The notes below the pieces were generated by a model. The model worked only from the letters and a program-made list of their open reading frames with translations, did no database searches and was not told the origin of the DNA. From a virus (lineage: Duplodnaviria > Heunggongvirae > Uroviricota > Caudoviricetes): 64,000 nucleotides of DNA. The translations under genes were made by a program, and so were the position numbers. The first letter of the stretch is position 1, and the number at the start of each line of letters is the position of its first letter. Positions 27,309 through 37,085 of the stretch are shown piece after piece. The stretch lies in the IMG/VR virus record IMGVR_UViG_3300009095_001812, positions 120,990-184,989 of that record, one strand, 5' to 3'.

Positions 27309-28013
27309 ATGAAGATAGCTGTAATATCAGATTTACATATTGGACATTCTGAAGAAACACACCAGCTAGGTCATACAGATCATGATTTTGCAAATTTTCT
27401 TTTTGAACTAGAAAAGAGATATGATAAAATTATTCTTTTAGGAGATATCTTTGAAGTTGAAATGGAGATAGTCAACACTGAAGAAGATACGTATGAAATG
27501 TCAGTATCTGAACACCAAGCTATTACCAAAAGATTCAAATCTGACAAGTACATATATATCTTTGGCAATCATGACACTATCGCTAGAAAGTATGGTGCTG
27601 TTGAGCAATACCAGATAAGATATAAGGGTAGGAGTTATCTTTTTATTCACGGTCATCAATTTGACCGTCTCTACCAAACTGTGAAATCAAAAGTTGCAGT
27701 TTTCGGTGGCCTCTGTCTTTTGTTTGGTTTTAAGGTACTTTACCGATGGACTTCTGAAAGCTTTCCAACTTTAAGAAGTGAGAATGAGTTGTTTCAAAAA
27801 ACGGCTATTGAGCATGCTGCTGGTACTGGTTGTGAATTCATTGTCACTGGTCATACTCACGATCCGATGATTATAAAAGATCATATTACTTATATCAACT
27901 CAGGTACCTGTACTTATGGCAGGATTTGTTATGTGCACATGGATCTTGAAAAAGAAGAATACTTGATAAAAACCAACGATGTATTTGTCAGGACTTCTAT
28001 CTTTCCTACATAG
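27309..28013 (+). CDS. Calcineurin-like metallophosphoesterase
   Basis: 234 aa. DLH, GDIFE, GNHD and GHTHD motifs in the canonical order. Confidence 0.75.
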   Translation: MKIAVISDLHIGHSEETHQLGHTDHDFANFLFELEKRYDKIILLGDIFEVEMEIVNTEEDTYEMSVSEHQAITKRFKSDKYIYIFGNHDTIARKYGAVEQYQIRYKGRSYLFIHGHQFDRLYQTVKSKVAVFGGLCLLFGFKVLYRWTSESFPTLRSENELFQKTAIEHAAGTGCEFIVTGHTHDPMIIKDHITYINSGTCTYGRICYVHMDLEKEEYLIKTNDVFVRTSIFPT

Positions 28014-28848
28014 CCATTTTCATAATGGCTTCTTTGGGTTGAGCCATTACGAGGTTAATAATTTCTTTCTCTGGAATTCTAGAAAGCAAAACCTTGTTGA
28101 TTACTTTTCTTTTTATACTCGATTTGGTCTTATCTAAAAACACTAATAATGTTTTTATTTCTGCCTGTTTAGCTGCGTTTTCAACAACAAGGGTAGATCG
28201 GTCTGTGAAAAACTGACTAGCGTTTTCCGATCCTGCTGCTTTTGCAACAGCAGCACGCACTCGTGCATCTTTGTCGTCTTTGAATATCAAGATGTTTTCA
28301 GTAGATAAGTTCTTGCATAGGTACATCTTTAGAATGTAATAATTGCTGCTACTATATTTTAAATCAATGAGTTCTTTAGCTATATTGAGAAGATACTCTT
28401 GACTTGCTGAAGTCAAAGTCTCTGAAATTCTGTTATTTATACTGTACTGAACTTCGAAGATGTATTTTATAATTTCTTTTGGGGTTTTGTTGATAAAACG
28501 TAATTCTGGAATCCTACCCTCAATAAATTCCCTTGTTATTTTTGACTGTGTCTTTAACCATTCCACAGTCTCTTGAATATCAACTTTCTTATGAAAGGCT
28601 TTCCATAAAAAGTTTTTGGGAGGGCGATCTCCAACAATTGCTTGAACTGGTTTGTATAATAAGTTTGTTTCTTTATCAGAAAACTTTCTAGAATAAGAAT
28701 CATTTGCATCAAAAACCTCAAAATCCAAAAGACCCTTTCGGACAACTGCGTACTTTGATGATTTTAAAGATTTTTTATCTTTGGATATGATTATATAGAA
28801 ATCATGTCCGCGTGTCACATAATCTTCATAGTATGACTGATCACTCAT
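28006..28848 (-). CDS. Hypothetical protein
   Basis: 280-aa ORF. Confidence 0.55.
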   Translation of the reverse strand: MSDQSYYEDYVTRGHDFYIIISKDKKSLKSSKYAVVRKGLLDFEVFDANDSYSRKFSDKETNLLYKPVQAIVGDRPPKNFLWKAFHKKVDIQETVEWLKTQSKITREFIEGRIPELRFINKTPKEIIKYIFEVQYSINNRISETLTSASQEYLLNIAKELIDLKYSSSNYYILKMYLCKNLSTENILIFKDDKDARVRAAVAKAAGSENASQFFTDRSTLVVENAAKQAEIKTLLVFLDKTKSSIKRKVINKVLLSRIPEKEIINLVMAQPKEAIMKMAM

Positions 28849-28867
28849 GGTGGTGCACCATCGTGTC

Positions 28868-29260
28868 TCAGCTCCATAGAAAAATCATCGCGTCTTTATC
28901 ATCAACTCGAATAACGAGTGTATGATCATCTTCATAAATTTTTTCAGATGCTGATTTTTTCTGCTCTCTCTCTTTTCTTTTAGAGAGACCTATATTTTTT
29001 ACTATATCTTCAAGATCTTTGAGATCTTTATAGTTGTTTATATTTTTTTCAATAAACCTATTGGTATTGTTATGAAAGAATTTAATAGTAGCAGAGATGT
29101 CAGATTCATTGTGTCCTGCATCTAACTGCTTAGCGATCCACATTAGGTATTTATGTTTGCCACCGCTGTAGTCTTCGATTGTTAAAGCCCTATCAAATTG
29201 TTCAGGGTACTTCTTTTGTACTAGCTCTTTTCTGGCCATTGAGGATTCCTTATGGTTCAA
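28868..29260 (-). CDS. Hypothetical protein
   Basis: 130-aa ORF. Confidence 0.5.
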   Translation of the reverse strand: MNHKESSMARKELVQKKYPEQFDRALTIEDYSGGKHKYLMWIAKQLDAGHNESDISATIKFFHNNTNRFIEKNINNYKDLKDLEDIVKNIGLSKRKEREQKKSASEKIYEDDHTLVIRVDDKDAMIFLWS

Positions 29261-29328
29261 GATAAAATTCTCTCACAACCACAAGTGCCAAAAACCAGTG
29301 CCTATCGACTTTATTTTTTATAGGTCTT

Positions 29329-29565
29329 TCATTTTTGATCTGGAGTTGTTGTTAGCTTGCCATTCTTTGGCTTCGCAACACCCCTTAGAACCAAACCAGT
29401 AGGCTTGAATCCGTCCCTATCAACAGCGAGAACCTGCCATCTATTCTTTCCTTGAAAAACAAAAATTCCAGGCTTGATAGAATCGAAGCTCTCGTCGTCA
29501 CTAACTGAAATAGAAACGGCAGGTCCTCTGCCTTCAATTTCATAATTTCCTGTTATCTTGATCAT
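29329..29565 (-). CDS. Hypothetical protein
   Basis: 78-aa ORF. Confidence 0.45.
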   Translation of the reverse strand: MIKITGNYEIEGRGPAVSISVSDDESFDSIKPGIFVFQGKNRWQVLAVDRDGFKPTGLVLRGVAKPKNGKLTTTPDQK

Positions 29566-30068
29566 TTTTCACCAATATCGTATTTAATATCTCTAACCTT
29601 ATCACTGAACTCTCTAATAGACATATCAAGATTACTTAATGTTTCTCCAGTATTTTCCATAACAGAATGTTTCAAGCTTTCAATGTCTTTTTGATAGTTG
29701 AGCACAGAATCATTTATAATTGATACAAGATCTTCTTTATATGAAGCAATATCTTGTTTAATATAATTTAAATTTTCTTTTGATTCATCTATTTCTTCTT
29801 TGATTTCTCCCAAAGAATTCTCAAGAGATGAAAGCTCTTCTTTGGCATCTTCAATTTCCTTTTCTAACTGATGATATATTTTTTCAAGAAGTTCTGTTTT
29901 ATTATCAGATGGTTCAGTAAAAACCTCTCGAATGATAATCCTCTCCTTGGAAGCAGGTATTACAGATTTAGACTTATTTGATAAATCAATAATAAATATC
30001 ACAAAGACAGTTGCAAAAACACCAACAAAAACACCAGCTAGAAATTGCATATTATTTAGCTTATCCAA
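29562..30068 (-). CDS. Membrane-anchored coiled-coil protein
   Basis: 168 aa. N-terminal transmembrane helix followed by a coiled-coil. Confidence 0.5.
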   Translation of the reverse strand: MDKLNNMQFLAGVFVGVFATVFVIFIIDLSNKSKSVIPASKERIIIREVFTEPSDNKTELLEKIYHQLEKEIEDAKEELSSLENSLGEIKEEIDESKENLNYIKQDIASYKEDLVSIINDSVLNYQKDIESLKHSVMENTGETLSNLDMSIREFSDKVRDIKYDIGEK

Positions 30069-30492
30069 TTAGTTTTGAATACTCTTCTGGAGATATACAA
30101 TCATGAGTAGCGTACTCATCATCTTGTTCTGGTTCTATAATTAGAAGCCAACCTTTATCCAACGGAGATTCATTTATAAGTTCTGGTTGATTTATAAGAT
30201 CTTTGTTGATAGCTATGACAGATCCGGTAACTGGAGTGTAAAGATCACTTAAAGTCTTCACGCTTTCTATTGTACCTATTTCAGAACCTGCTTCGATAGA
30301 ATCGATATTACAAACATAAATATCAATCATCGTAATATCACCAAGTTGATCAACGGCAAATGGAGTGATTCCAATTACCCAATTTCCGTCTTTATTTTTT
30401 CTTGCCCATTCATGTGTTGGGGTATAAAGACAATCATTTCTAACTTCAGTATTCATGTGCTTCCTTAAATTAAGTATATAGAGAGGTTTCAA
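30061..30492 (-). CDS. gcvH: Glycine cleavage system H protein-like lipoyl-carrier protein
   Basis: YTPTHEWARKNKDG.WVIGITPFAVDQLGDI and the lipoyl-lysine motif ESVKTLSDLYTPVTGSV align with E. coli GcvH (ESVKAASDIYAPVSGEI). The true start is probably an internal Met. Confidence 0.7.
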   Translation of the reverse strand: MKPLYILNLRKHMNTEVRNDCLYTPTHEWARKNKDGNWVIGITPFAVDQLGDITMIDIYVCNIDSIEAGSEIGTIESVKTLSDLYTPVTGSVIAINKDLINQPELINESPLDKGWLLIIEPEQDDEYATHDCISPEEYSKLIG

Positions 30493-30541
30493 CTCTCAAA
30501 ATAATGATACCGAAACCACAGCGCCACTTGCGCGAATTGAG

Positions 30542-30823
30542 TTACTCTTTTTTAGAAGAGAACTTATCGAGGACTGAGCGATCTCTATCGGCTTGCTTAA
30601 TCAAGCCCTGAGCTTTTTGATCTAGTTTCTCTTTCATTTCTTTGATGAACTCTGGATTTAGAAATCTACCAATGTCAGGATTGTTGAGCAGTTTATCAGC
30701 AACTTCGACATCAAAAGCTTCGTTCCTGATCGCTCCAGAAGGAAATAAGTGTTTTTCCAAATCCTGAACTATGGATTTAAATAATTCAAACTTTACATCA
30801 ATTTCTCTCATTACATTCCCCAT
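30542..30823 (-). CDS. Hypothetical protein
   Basis: 93-aa ORF. Confidence 0.5.
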   Translation of the reverse strand: MGNVMREIDVKFELFKSIVQDLEKHLFPSGAIRNEAFDVEVADKLLNNPDIGRFLNPEFIKEMKEKLDQKAQGLIKQADRDRSVLDKFSSKKE

Positions 30824-31112
30824 AGAGCATAGTGCTGTACGCTTTATTTACAGCAGCTTCATTTGTTATACCAGTATCATCTAAGAGTTGATCTCTCCAA
30901 TAGACACCAACATATACTATATCTGGCTCATCAGAGAGCTTCTCCACTTTGGCCCAATCTACCAAAATCTGATTGGGCTGTATAGCAATATCCTTCGGTA
31001 CTTGGTAAGACTCAAGGTACCAGAAACCACCCTTCTCACAGATTATAAAATCAACTTTTCCTGTTTCCATATCCAGGAATATATCAAAAAAGAAGGCAGT
31101 GAGTTTCCCCAC
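30798..31112 (-). CDS. Hypothetical protein
   Basis: 104-aa ORF. Confidence 0.5.
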   Translation of the reverse strand: MGKLTAFFFDIFLDMETGKVDFIICEKGGFWYLESYQVPKDIAIQPNQILVDWAKVEKLSDEPDIVYVGVYWRDQLLDDTGITNEAAVNKAYSTMLYGECNERN

Positions 31113-31139
31113 TGCCTTGCTTTCTAGAAGATTGAACTT

Positions 31140-32858
31140 TTACTTAGAAAGTATTCCAGAAACAGTGTCAACTACTCCATCTACCTTTGACTTAATAGCC
31201 GGGTCGAGATTCTCTGCAAATGAATTGATCAATTCAGCCGTCTTTTGACCAGACATCAAAGAATTAAGCATTGCATTTGCAGATTCCGGAGTGCCATAAA
31301 GAGTCATAGTAATCTTCTGACCAATCTCTGCCATTGCCTTCGCAGACTCGATACGAATAGTCCTGTCCGCCTCAACCTTCAGCTTGGCAATCTCGAACTC
31401 CTGAGCAACCTTACCAGATTTCTCACGAGCTTCGAGTTCAGGCTTCACAACATTTTCAATACGATCCTGATCGATCTTGACCCTTTCACGCTCAACCTCC
31501 ACAGGAACAAGAGCGAGAGCGCGGTCACCTTCAGCTTTGGCTTTTAGGGCAACAGCTTCGGCAGTTGCTTTCTTGGTTACCGCCTCTGCATCAGCGTCGG
31601 CAGCGAGCTTGCGGGCTTCTGCATCCTTTTGAACGCTATATGCCTTGGCATCTGCTTTACGCTGCTCTGAAACAAACGCTTGCTCTGCTTGTGCTTGCGC
31701 TGCAATCACAGCACGTTTCTTCTCGCGCTCTGCTTCTGCCTCAACCTCAACGGTCTTGACGGACTGCATCTCACGTTCACGAAGAGCTTGTGCTGTAGCG
31801 AGTTCTGCTTCTTTTGCGGCTTTCAGCTTAGCAGCCTCTGCAACAGCTTGAGTCCTTGCTTCGTTTGCAACTTCTGTTGCCTGTTTCTTCTCGATAGCTG
31901 CAACTTCAAGATTTCGTTGCTTCTCGACTTCAGCAAGTTCCACAGCACGAGCAGCTGCAATTGCTTTCTCTTTTGCAATTTGATCTTGCTCAGCTCTAAC
32001 CTTTGCAATCTCTGCCGCTTGTGTTGCTTCGGCTGCTTGCTGATCTTGCTCATGAGCGAGAACAGCTTTTCTGGTTTCAACATCTTGTTGTTTTCGAGCC
32101 TGTTCACCAGCACGTTCCAGCTTGTTTCTTTCAGTCTTGTTACGCTCAGTGATCTCTGCAATGGTTCTCTTACCCTGTGCGTCGAAGATGTTATCATCAC
32201 TTAATGAGGAAACAGAAGTCTGATCCAATTTAGAGATGGTTACAGATTCAAGAGACAGACCGTTTTCGGCAAGGTCATTATTCACAGCTTTGGTAACTTC
32301 TTCTACGAAGTTTTCACGATCTGAATGAAGTTCTTGTAGAGATTTAGTTGCAGCAACTGAACGAAGAGCAGAGATAAGTTTGTCTTCAACTGCGGCTTTT
32401 ACCAAGTTGACATTCATCATCTTATCACCAAGAGAACGTGCTGCTTGAAGTATACTTTCCTGAGATGGTGATACTTTAACAAAGAACTCTGCACCAATAT
32501 CAGCACGCAGATTATCTTTGGTAATAAGAGCGTCTTTGTGTTCACGCAGAACTTCGAGTTTCAAAGTCTCTAATGAGATTTTAATGAACTCATGTAGTAC
32601 AGGAATTACAAGTGCGCCACCATCTTGGATTATTCTCACTCCACCCATACCAGTACGAACGAAAGCTTCATTTGCTTTTGCCCTCTGATAGAGTTTTGTG
32701 ATGACTGCGATGATTCCGATGACGAGCATCAAGAACACACCAGCGCCCATCAAAATGGCTTGTGACAAAAAGCTTACTTGAACTCCCATTGCACTCATAG
32801 CAATCGGGGTCACTAGTAAACCCAGTGCCAATATGAAAAGTAAAACAAGACCGATCAT
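31140..32858 (-). CDS. SPFH/band-7 (flotillin/stomatin-like) membrane protein
   Basis: 572 aa. N-terminal transmembrane helices, an SPFH core, then a long Ala/Glu/Lys-rich coiled-coil tail typical of flotillin-like proteins. Confidence 0.75.
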   Translation of the reverse strand: MIGLVLLFILALGLLVTPIAMSAMGVQVSFLSQAILMGAGVFLMLVIGIIAVITKLYQRAKANEAFVRTGMGGVRIIQDGGALVIPVLHEFIKISLETLKLEVLREHKDALITKDNLRADIGAEFFVKVSPSQESILQAARSLGDKMMNVNLVKAAVEDKLISALRSVAATKSLQELHSDRENFVEEVTKAVNNDLAENGLSLESVTISKLDQTSVSSLSDDNIFDAQGKRTIAEITERNKTERNKLERAGEQARKQQDVETRKAVLAHEQDQQAAEATQAAEIAKVRAEQDQIAKEKAIAAARAVELAEVEKQRNLEVAAIEKKQATEVANEARTQAVAEAAKLKAAKEAELATAQALREREMQSVKTVEVEAEAEREKKRAVIAAQAQAEQAFVSEQRKADAKAYSVQKDAEARKLAADADAEAVTKKATAEAVALKAKAEGDRALALVPVEVERERVKIDQDRIENVVKPELEAREKSGKVAQEFEIAKLKVEADRTIRIESAKAMAEIGQKITMTLYGTPESANAMLNSLMSGQKTAELINSFAENLDPAIKSKVDGVVDTVSGILSK

Positions 32859-33464
32859 TTACCGCAACTCCTCTTTTGGTTTATCGACATAAAAAACGCC
32901 ATCTTTGTATTCGGTTATCAGTACGCCATCTGATATAGCGAACCTTCCGCTATATGTTCTGGCATTTAGTTTGTGAAGACTTCCATAGTTATCAAGGACG
33001 TGAATTTGTCCGAAAGTCTCAGATACAGAAATTACTACTTTGCCTCGTTTACCAACGAAGTGTTCGGGTGTGATGTTGTACGTTTCTGTTTGTGGCATGA
33101 AAGCAGAAACTGCTAACGCAATAAAGCGTGTACTAACTGATGTTATTAATAATGCACCAAGAACAGAAAACACTCTAAGTAGAGGCGGAAAGAAGATGTT
33201 GAGAAACAACCCTGAGGCACCAAATAAAAGGAATGCTGTAAACAGTACGATACTCAAGGGACATCGACCAACGCCAAATAGACTCAAGAACTTGATAAAG
33301 AAACTTTCATGTCCTTCAAATTCAATTTCCGGGTTATCAGCGATATCCGCATCTATATCTGTTCCGGCTCCAATACCAGAAATAGAAGAGAGAATGAACA
33401 CTATCCCTAGCATAATTGATACATAGAAGATCAAAATATGCCACTGTAATATATTTTCTAACAT
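32859..33464 (-). CDS. NfeD-like membrane protein (partner of SPFH proteins)
   Basis: 201 aa. Multi-pass transmembrane N-terminus plus a C-terminal OB-fold-like beta domain. Abuts the SPFH gene as in canonical operons. Confidence 0.65.
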   Translation of the reverse strand: MLENILQWHILIFYVSIMLGIVFILSSISGIGAGTDIDADIADNPEIEFEGHESFFIKFLSLFGVGRCPLSIVLFTAFLLFGASGLFLNIFFPPLLRVFSVLGALLITSVSTRFIALAVSAFMPQTETYNITPEHFVGKRGKVVISVSETFGQIHVLDNYGSLHKLNARTYSGRFAISDGVLITEYKDGVFYVDKPKEELR

Positions 33465-33465
33465 G

Positions 33466-33972
33466 TTAGCGCATCAGAGCCTTTAATATTTCTGGTTTTT
33501 TTAGATATGAAATGTCGCAGGCAAACTTTTCGCCAAACCCAAAATCTTTTTTAGGCAGGCTTATCAAAGCTTTATGGGTTATCCACCCAAGCTCTTCGAA
33601 CCCTTTATCTATAGAGCCTTTTATTACAATATAAATATCAGCCCAACGCTGGGGCTCTTCAGGATTTACTATGAGATGCCCGGTATCTCTGGGCTCGCCA
33701 TTTTTCTGTTGTCCCAACCATATAACCTCTACAGATAAAGTCAATGAAAAATCGCTACCTCCATCGCCTCTGGAATCTATATTTGCATTGAATGGTCTGT
33801 TGTATTTTTGTGCTGCGAAATATTCAGCACCAGTTGCATTTATGTCATTATCTATCGAACACTCAGATCCGTCATATCTTTTATCCGAAATACCAACAGA
33901 TCGTTTAGATAAAAACCTGGCTTTAGCCAATGCTTTTATGAGTTCTTTCTCGTCTTCACTTAATTCGCTCAT
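33466..33972 (-). CDS. Hypothetical protein
   Basis: 168-aa ORF immediately downstream of the SPFH/NfeD pair. Confidence 0.5.
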   Translation of the reverse strand: MSELSEDEKELIKALAKARFLSKRSVGISDKRYDGSECSIDNDINATGAEYFAAQKYNRPFNANIDSRGDGGSDFSLTLSVEVIWLGQQKNGEPRDTGHLIVNPEEPQRWADIYIVIKGSIDKGFEELGWITHKALISLPKKDFGFGEKFACDISYLKKPEILKALMR

Positions 33973-34226
33973 AGATGTTGAAAATGTTCTTTGACTTCAT
34001 TCACAAATTGATTAAATTCAGGAGTAGATGAAATGTTTGGTCTCCATGCTAATCCTCTCTCAATTAGATTGAAAGTTTTTTTGATATAAGCTCCTGGAAT
34101 TGTTTGACCGTCTGTACCTATGTGATTTATACTATGTCGGGGAGGGTGGTAACATTTTCAACAGATAAAGTCAACGAAAATTTTCAACCAACGAAACCCG
34201 GAAAGTTTTCATTAAAATTATTTCAA

Positions 34227-34865
34227 TTAGATGCTTCTATTTATGAAGCTTTCGGCATATAGAATATCTTGAACAGAAGATATTTCAAAAGATCTTTTTT
34301 CAGGAATAACAACACACTTAGTATTATCTGTAATAAATTTTTTGTTGTTCAAAAATGATTTAGCTTTGCATATGCTAAATGAACAAAATTTGTAATATAT
34401 CATTCCATCTTCTGGATGGCTGAATATTGGGATGACGTACTTTTCAGGAGATATCAAACAAGCTGATTGAATCGAATCCACCATCTTACAGACACCGACA
34501 ACAGAATCTACATCAGAGTTAGAAAATAGATTGAATCCTTTTTTGATATCATCAATACTTACAAACGGAAATAGAGACGAAAAATAGGAAAACGTATCTC
34601 CGATTTCAAGATCAAAAGTTGATGCGATAGCTATGACGTTATCTATATCATCTTCATATTTCGAATCAAATTTTTGGACTTGAAGATCCGAAACAGCGTA
34701 ATAAACAGAATCGGTGTCCGTAGAGATAATGATGATATCAAAAAGATTGGAGTTCACAACAGTTTGAGTGATCCATCTAATTAGAGGCTTTCCATCTAGG
34801 GAATAAAGATTCTTATTTTCTAGTCTTGAGGCCCCTCTTGCAGGTATTACTGCAACATTTACCAT
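34227..34865 (-). CDS. Cytidylyltransferase (CMP-sugar synthetase; NeuA/KdsB/PseF-like)
   Basis: 212 aa. N-terminal VIPARGASRLENKNL..LDGKPLIRW..IIISTDTD matches the CMP-Kdo / CMP-sialic acid synthetase signature (IPARxxSxxxxxKN). Confidence 0.7.
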   Translation of the reverse strand: MVNVAVIPARGASRLENKNLYSLDGKPLIRWITQTVVNSNLFDIIIISTDTDSVYYAVSDLQVQKFDSKYEDDIDNVIAIASTFDLEIGDTFSYFSSLFPFVSIDDIKKGFNLFSNSDVDSVVGVCKMVDSIQSACLISPEKYVIPIFSHPEDGMIYYKFCSFSICKAKSFLNNKKFITDNTKCVVIPEKRSFEISSVQDILYAESFINRSI

Positions 34866-35299
34866 TACGACCTTCTAAAGATTCCAGCAGTAAGGAGCCC
34901 ATCTGGTCTCTGGATAATACCATTTTCATCCATTATTGTAAGACCGGCCCTTCTGGCCGTAACAATAAATTCAGTACGAGCTTCTTTGGTAAATCCTTTT
35001 GGTTTCTGAGAAGTTTTTGGAGGTTCTGGTTTGGGCTTAGGCGGATCTAGATCCCCAACGTATCGATATCGTTGATGACCAACATGGTCAAAAACCAAAG
35101 GCTCAATGATAGTCTTCTTCTCTTTTTTAATCTCTCCAGATTCATCAGAGAATACAAAAACAATATCTTCCTGTTTTTGTGTTTTAGATTCCGGAGAATT
35201 TACATTATCTTTTTTACCATAAAGAAAATCATAGGCTCTTTTTTCAGCCTCAGCTTTTCTTTTGGAAAATTCATTTTCGATATCTTCGAACAGACCCAT
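34865..35299 (-). CDS. Hypothetical Lys/Pro-rich protein
   Basis: 144 aa with PKPKPEPPK repeats. Confidence 0.5.
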   Translation of the reverse strand: MGLFEDIENEFSKRKAEAEKRAYDFLYGKKDNVNSPESKTQKQEDIVFVFSDESGEIKKEKKTIIEPLVFDHVGHQRYRYVGDLDPPKPKPEPPKTSQKPKGFTKEARTEFIVTARRAGLTIMDENGIIQRPDGLLTAGIFRRS

Positions 35300-35300
35300 T

Positions 35301-35963
35301 TCACTCCTTGCGAGGAAGCAGCATTTCTTTTAGCTTTCTCGATAGAGAAACCCTATCATCTCTAGATATACCATCAAAAAAGATATCGCTAATCTCACAG
35401 CTTTTCTCAACTACTTTCAGTAGTAATTCTTTTTGTTCTAAATCGTCAAATACCCTATCATATGGATTTGTTGGTTCGGGTTTGATCTCTGGAGATTGAG
35501 CTTGTTTAATTTCAGTTTTAACTTCAGGAAATGTTTGTTTTTCTAGTTTTTTTACATTACCAGCTCTCCATGAAGAGCTACCATCTGATTTTCTAACTAT
35601 GATTCCATAGTAATCAAAGCCATCTATTACTTTAACAATGTGATCTGTTATTTGTGAACATGTAAGTTCTGGGTTAAAGTTTTCAACTATGATTGCCATT
35701 ACTGTTGTTGCTGTATTGGACTCAGCAAACAAACTGTTATTAGAAGCTGCTGGGGATATACGAACACCCAAAGATCCTACTTTTGCAAATATTTGTTCTA
35801 TCTTTGCCAAATCATTTGGTACACAAATATGGATAGTGTGACTCATAACCCTTACATTCTTTATTTTAAACATGTTATTGAAATCTTTATTCATTTCTTT
35901 AAACATGTTATTGAAATCTTCGTCAATTATTTTTTCAAACATACTATCTAGCACTTCCGGCAA
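35301..35963 (-). CDS. Hypothetical protein
   Basis: 220-aa ORF. Confidence 0.5.
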   Translation of the reverse strand: MPEVLDSMFEKIIDEDFNNMFKEMNKDFNNMFKIKNVRVMSHTIHICVPNDLAKIEQIFAKVGSLGVRISPAASNNSLFAESNTATTVMAIIVENFNPELTCSQITDHIVKVIDGFDYYGIIVRKSDGSSSWRAGNVKKLEKQTFPEVKTEIKQAQSPEIKPEPTNPYDRVFDDLEQKELLLKVVEKSCEISDIFFDGISRDDRVSLSRKLKEMLLPRKE

Positions 35964-36023
35964 GATTTGAACTTGCGATCTTCGCTTTAGGAAAGCGCTG
36001 CTCTATCCATCTGAGCTACGGAA
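35950..36023 (-). tRNA. tRNA-Arg (anticodon CCU)
   Basis: Acceptor GCTTCCG / CGGAAGT, D-arm GCTC-AGATGGATA-GAGC, anticodon loop TTCCTAA, T-arm GCAAG-TTCAAAT-CTTGC. Confidence 0.8.
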
Positions 36024-36220
36024 GCTTGATCCTATATATTCATCATATAGATTTAAATTTCTAAATTGAGTTGATAAACCCCAATCCATACTAATATCTA
36101 CAGGTAGTAAATTCAAAATAGGATGCGAATAATTTCGAATATGATTTGATAAATCATATTTAAAATGACTAAATCTATTAGGTATATCTAGGTGATTCAT
36201 TTGATTCTATCTCTTAGAGA

Positions 36221-36382
36221 CTAAGCTGCACAATCAAAGAAATCATCAACACTGTAGTTTCGAGGTCTGTCCTTTCGACCCTTACCCTTTTCTGGTTTTA
36301 CAATTCTTTCCCTATATCTTTCAGGATCGTTTTGTTGAACGATGGCAAGAATTGTATTCTTCCTTCTATGTTTTTTTCTCAT
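36221..36382 (-). CDS. Small basic protein (53 aa)
   Basis: MRKKHRRKN... ORF below the track cutoff. Confidence 0.3.
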   Translation of the reverse strand: MRKKHRRKNTILAIVQQNDPERYRERIVKPEKGKGRKDRPRNYSVDDFFDCAA

Positions 36383-36410
36383 TTTGATCTCCTAAAAATG
36401 TTTTTATATT

Positions 36411-36893
36411 TCATGGCCATGGGTTTCCGGTGAATCTTTCATTTGGAATATCATATTCCATCTCAACATATATTTTCATTGTATCAAAACCTTCAGAAGT
36501 CCAATACTCATACCTGAATTCTCGACCTCTAAAAGATCCATCTAAGGCGTTTATGAATGCTGTTGTTAATGTTCCTTTATTACCACCTATATCAAACATA
36601 GGAAATCCGACCCTTTGAGCAACCAAAGCGGTTTTCCTTTTCTCTTCTAAAGCTTCAAGCCAACGTTTTATATCATCTTTAGTTACAGATGAAAATTGAG
36701 TTTGCTCAACCAAAACATCACGACTTTCAAATTTTTTAGGGATATCATTGAAAGCTTCAGTTACAGCTTTTTCATATATCTTCTGACATTCAATACATCT
36801 TTTACTAGAGTTGTAAGCTGGGTTGTAACCAGATAAATAGTAATAATATTCATCGCCACAGTGCGAGCATCGTGTTCTTTTTTGAGTACTCAT
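36411..36893 (-). CDS. Hypothetical protein with an N-terminal zinc ribbon
   Basis: 160 aa with CSHCGDEY..CIECQ. Confidence 0.5.
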   Translation of the reverse strand: MSTQKRTRCSHCGDEYYYYLSGYNPAYNSSKRCIECQKIYEKAVTEAFNDIPKKFESRDVLVEQTQFSSVTKDDIKRWLEALEEKRKTALVAQRVGFPMFDIGGNKGTLTTAFINALDGSFRGREFRYEYWTSEGFDTMKIYVEMEYDIPNERFTGNPWP

Positions 36894-36899
36894 CCGAAG

Positions 36900-37085
36900 T
36901 CATCCGAACATGCGGTTTTTATTACGAGTGATCTTCCAGCGAATCAATTTCACAAGCTGGCGCTTAGACATTAGCTCCAGATTATAGCGCAAACCCTCCC
37001 ACTTAGCAAGCCTGATCAATCCATCCTTAGAAGACTTCATCAAATCTGACTTTGTCATCGATATTGGTGGTTCGCCGAAGTTCAT
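36900..37085 (-). CDS. Small hypothetical protein
   Basis: 61-aa ORF. Confidence 0.4.
   Translation of the reverse strand: MNFGEPPISMTKSDLMKSSKDGLIRLAKWEGLRYNLELMSKRQLVKLIRWKITRNKNRMFG

Noticed and set aside
31245-32204. Multiple ORFs on both strands inside the SPFH gene (31245..31547+, 31565..31759+, 31645..31851+, 31680..32204+, 31823..32200-)
   Set aside because: The SPFH protein's long Ala/Glu/Lys-rich coiled-coil tail is encoded by low-complexity GC-rich repeats that stay open in several frames. The SPFH frame carries the recognisable domain.
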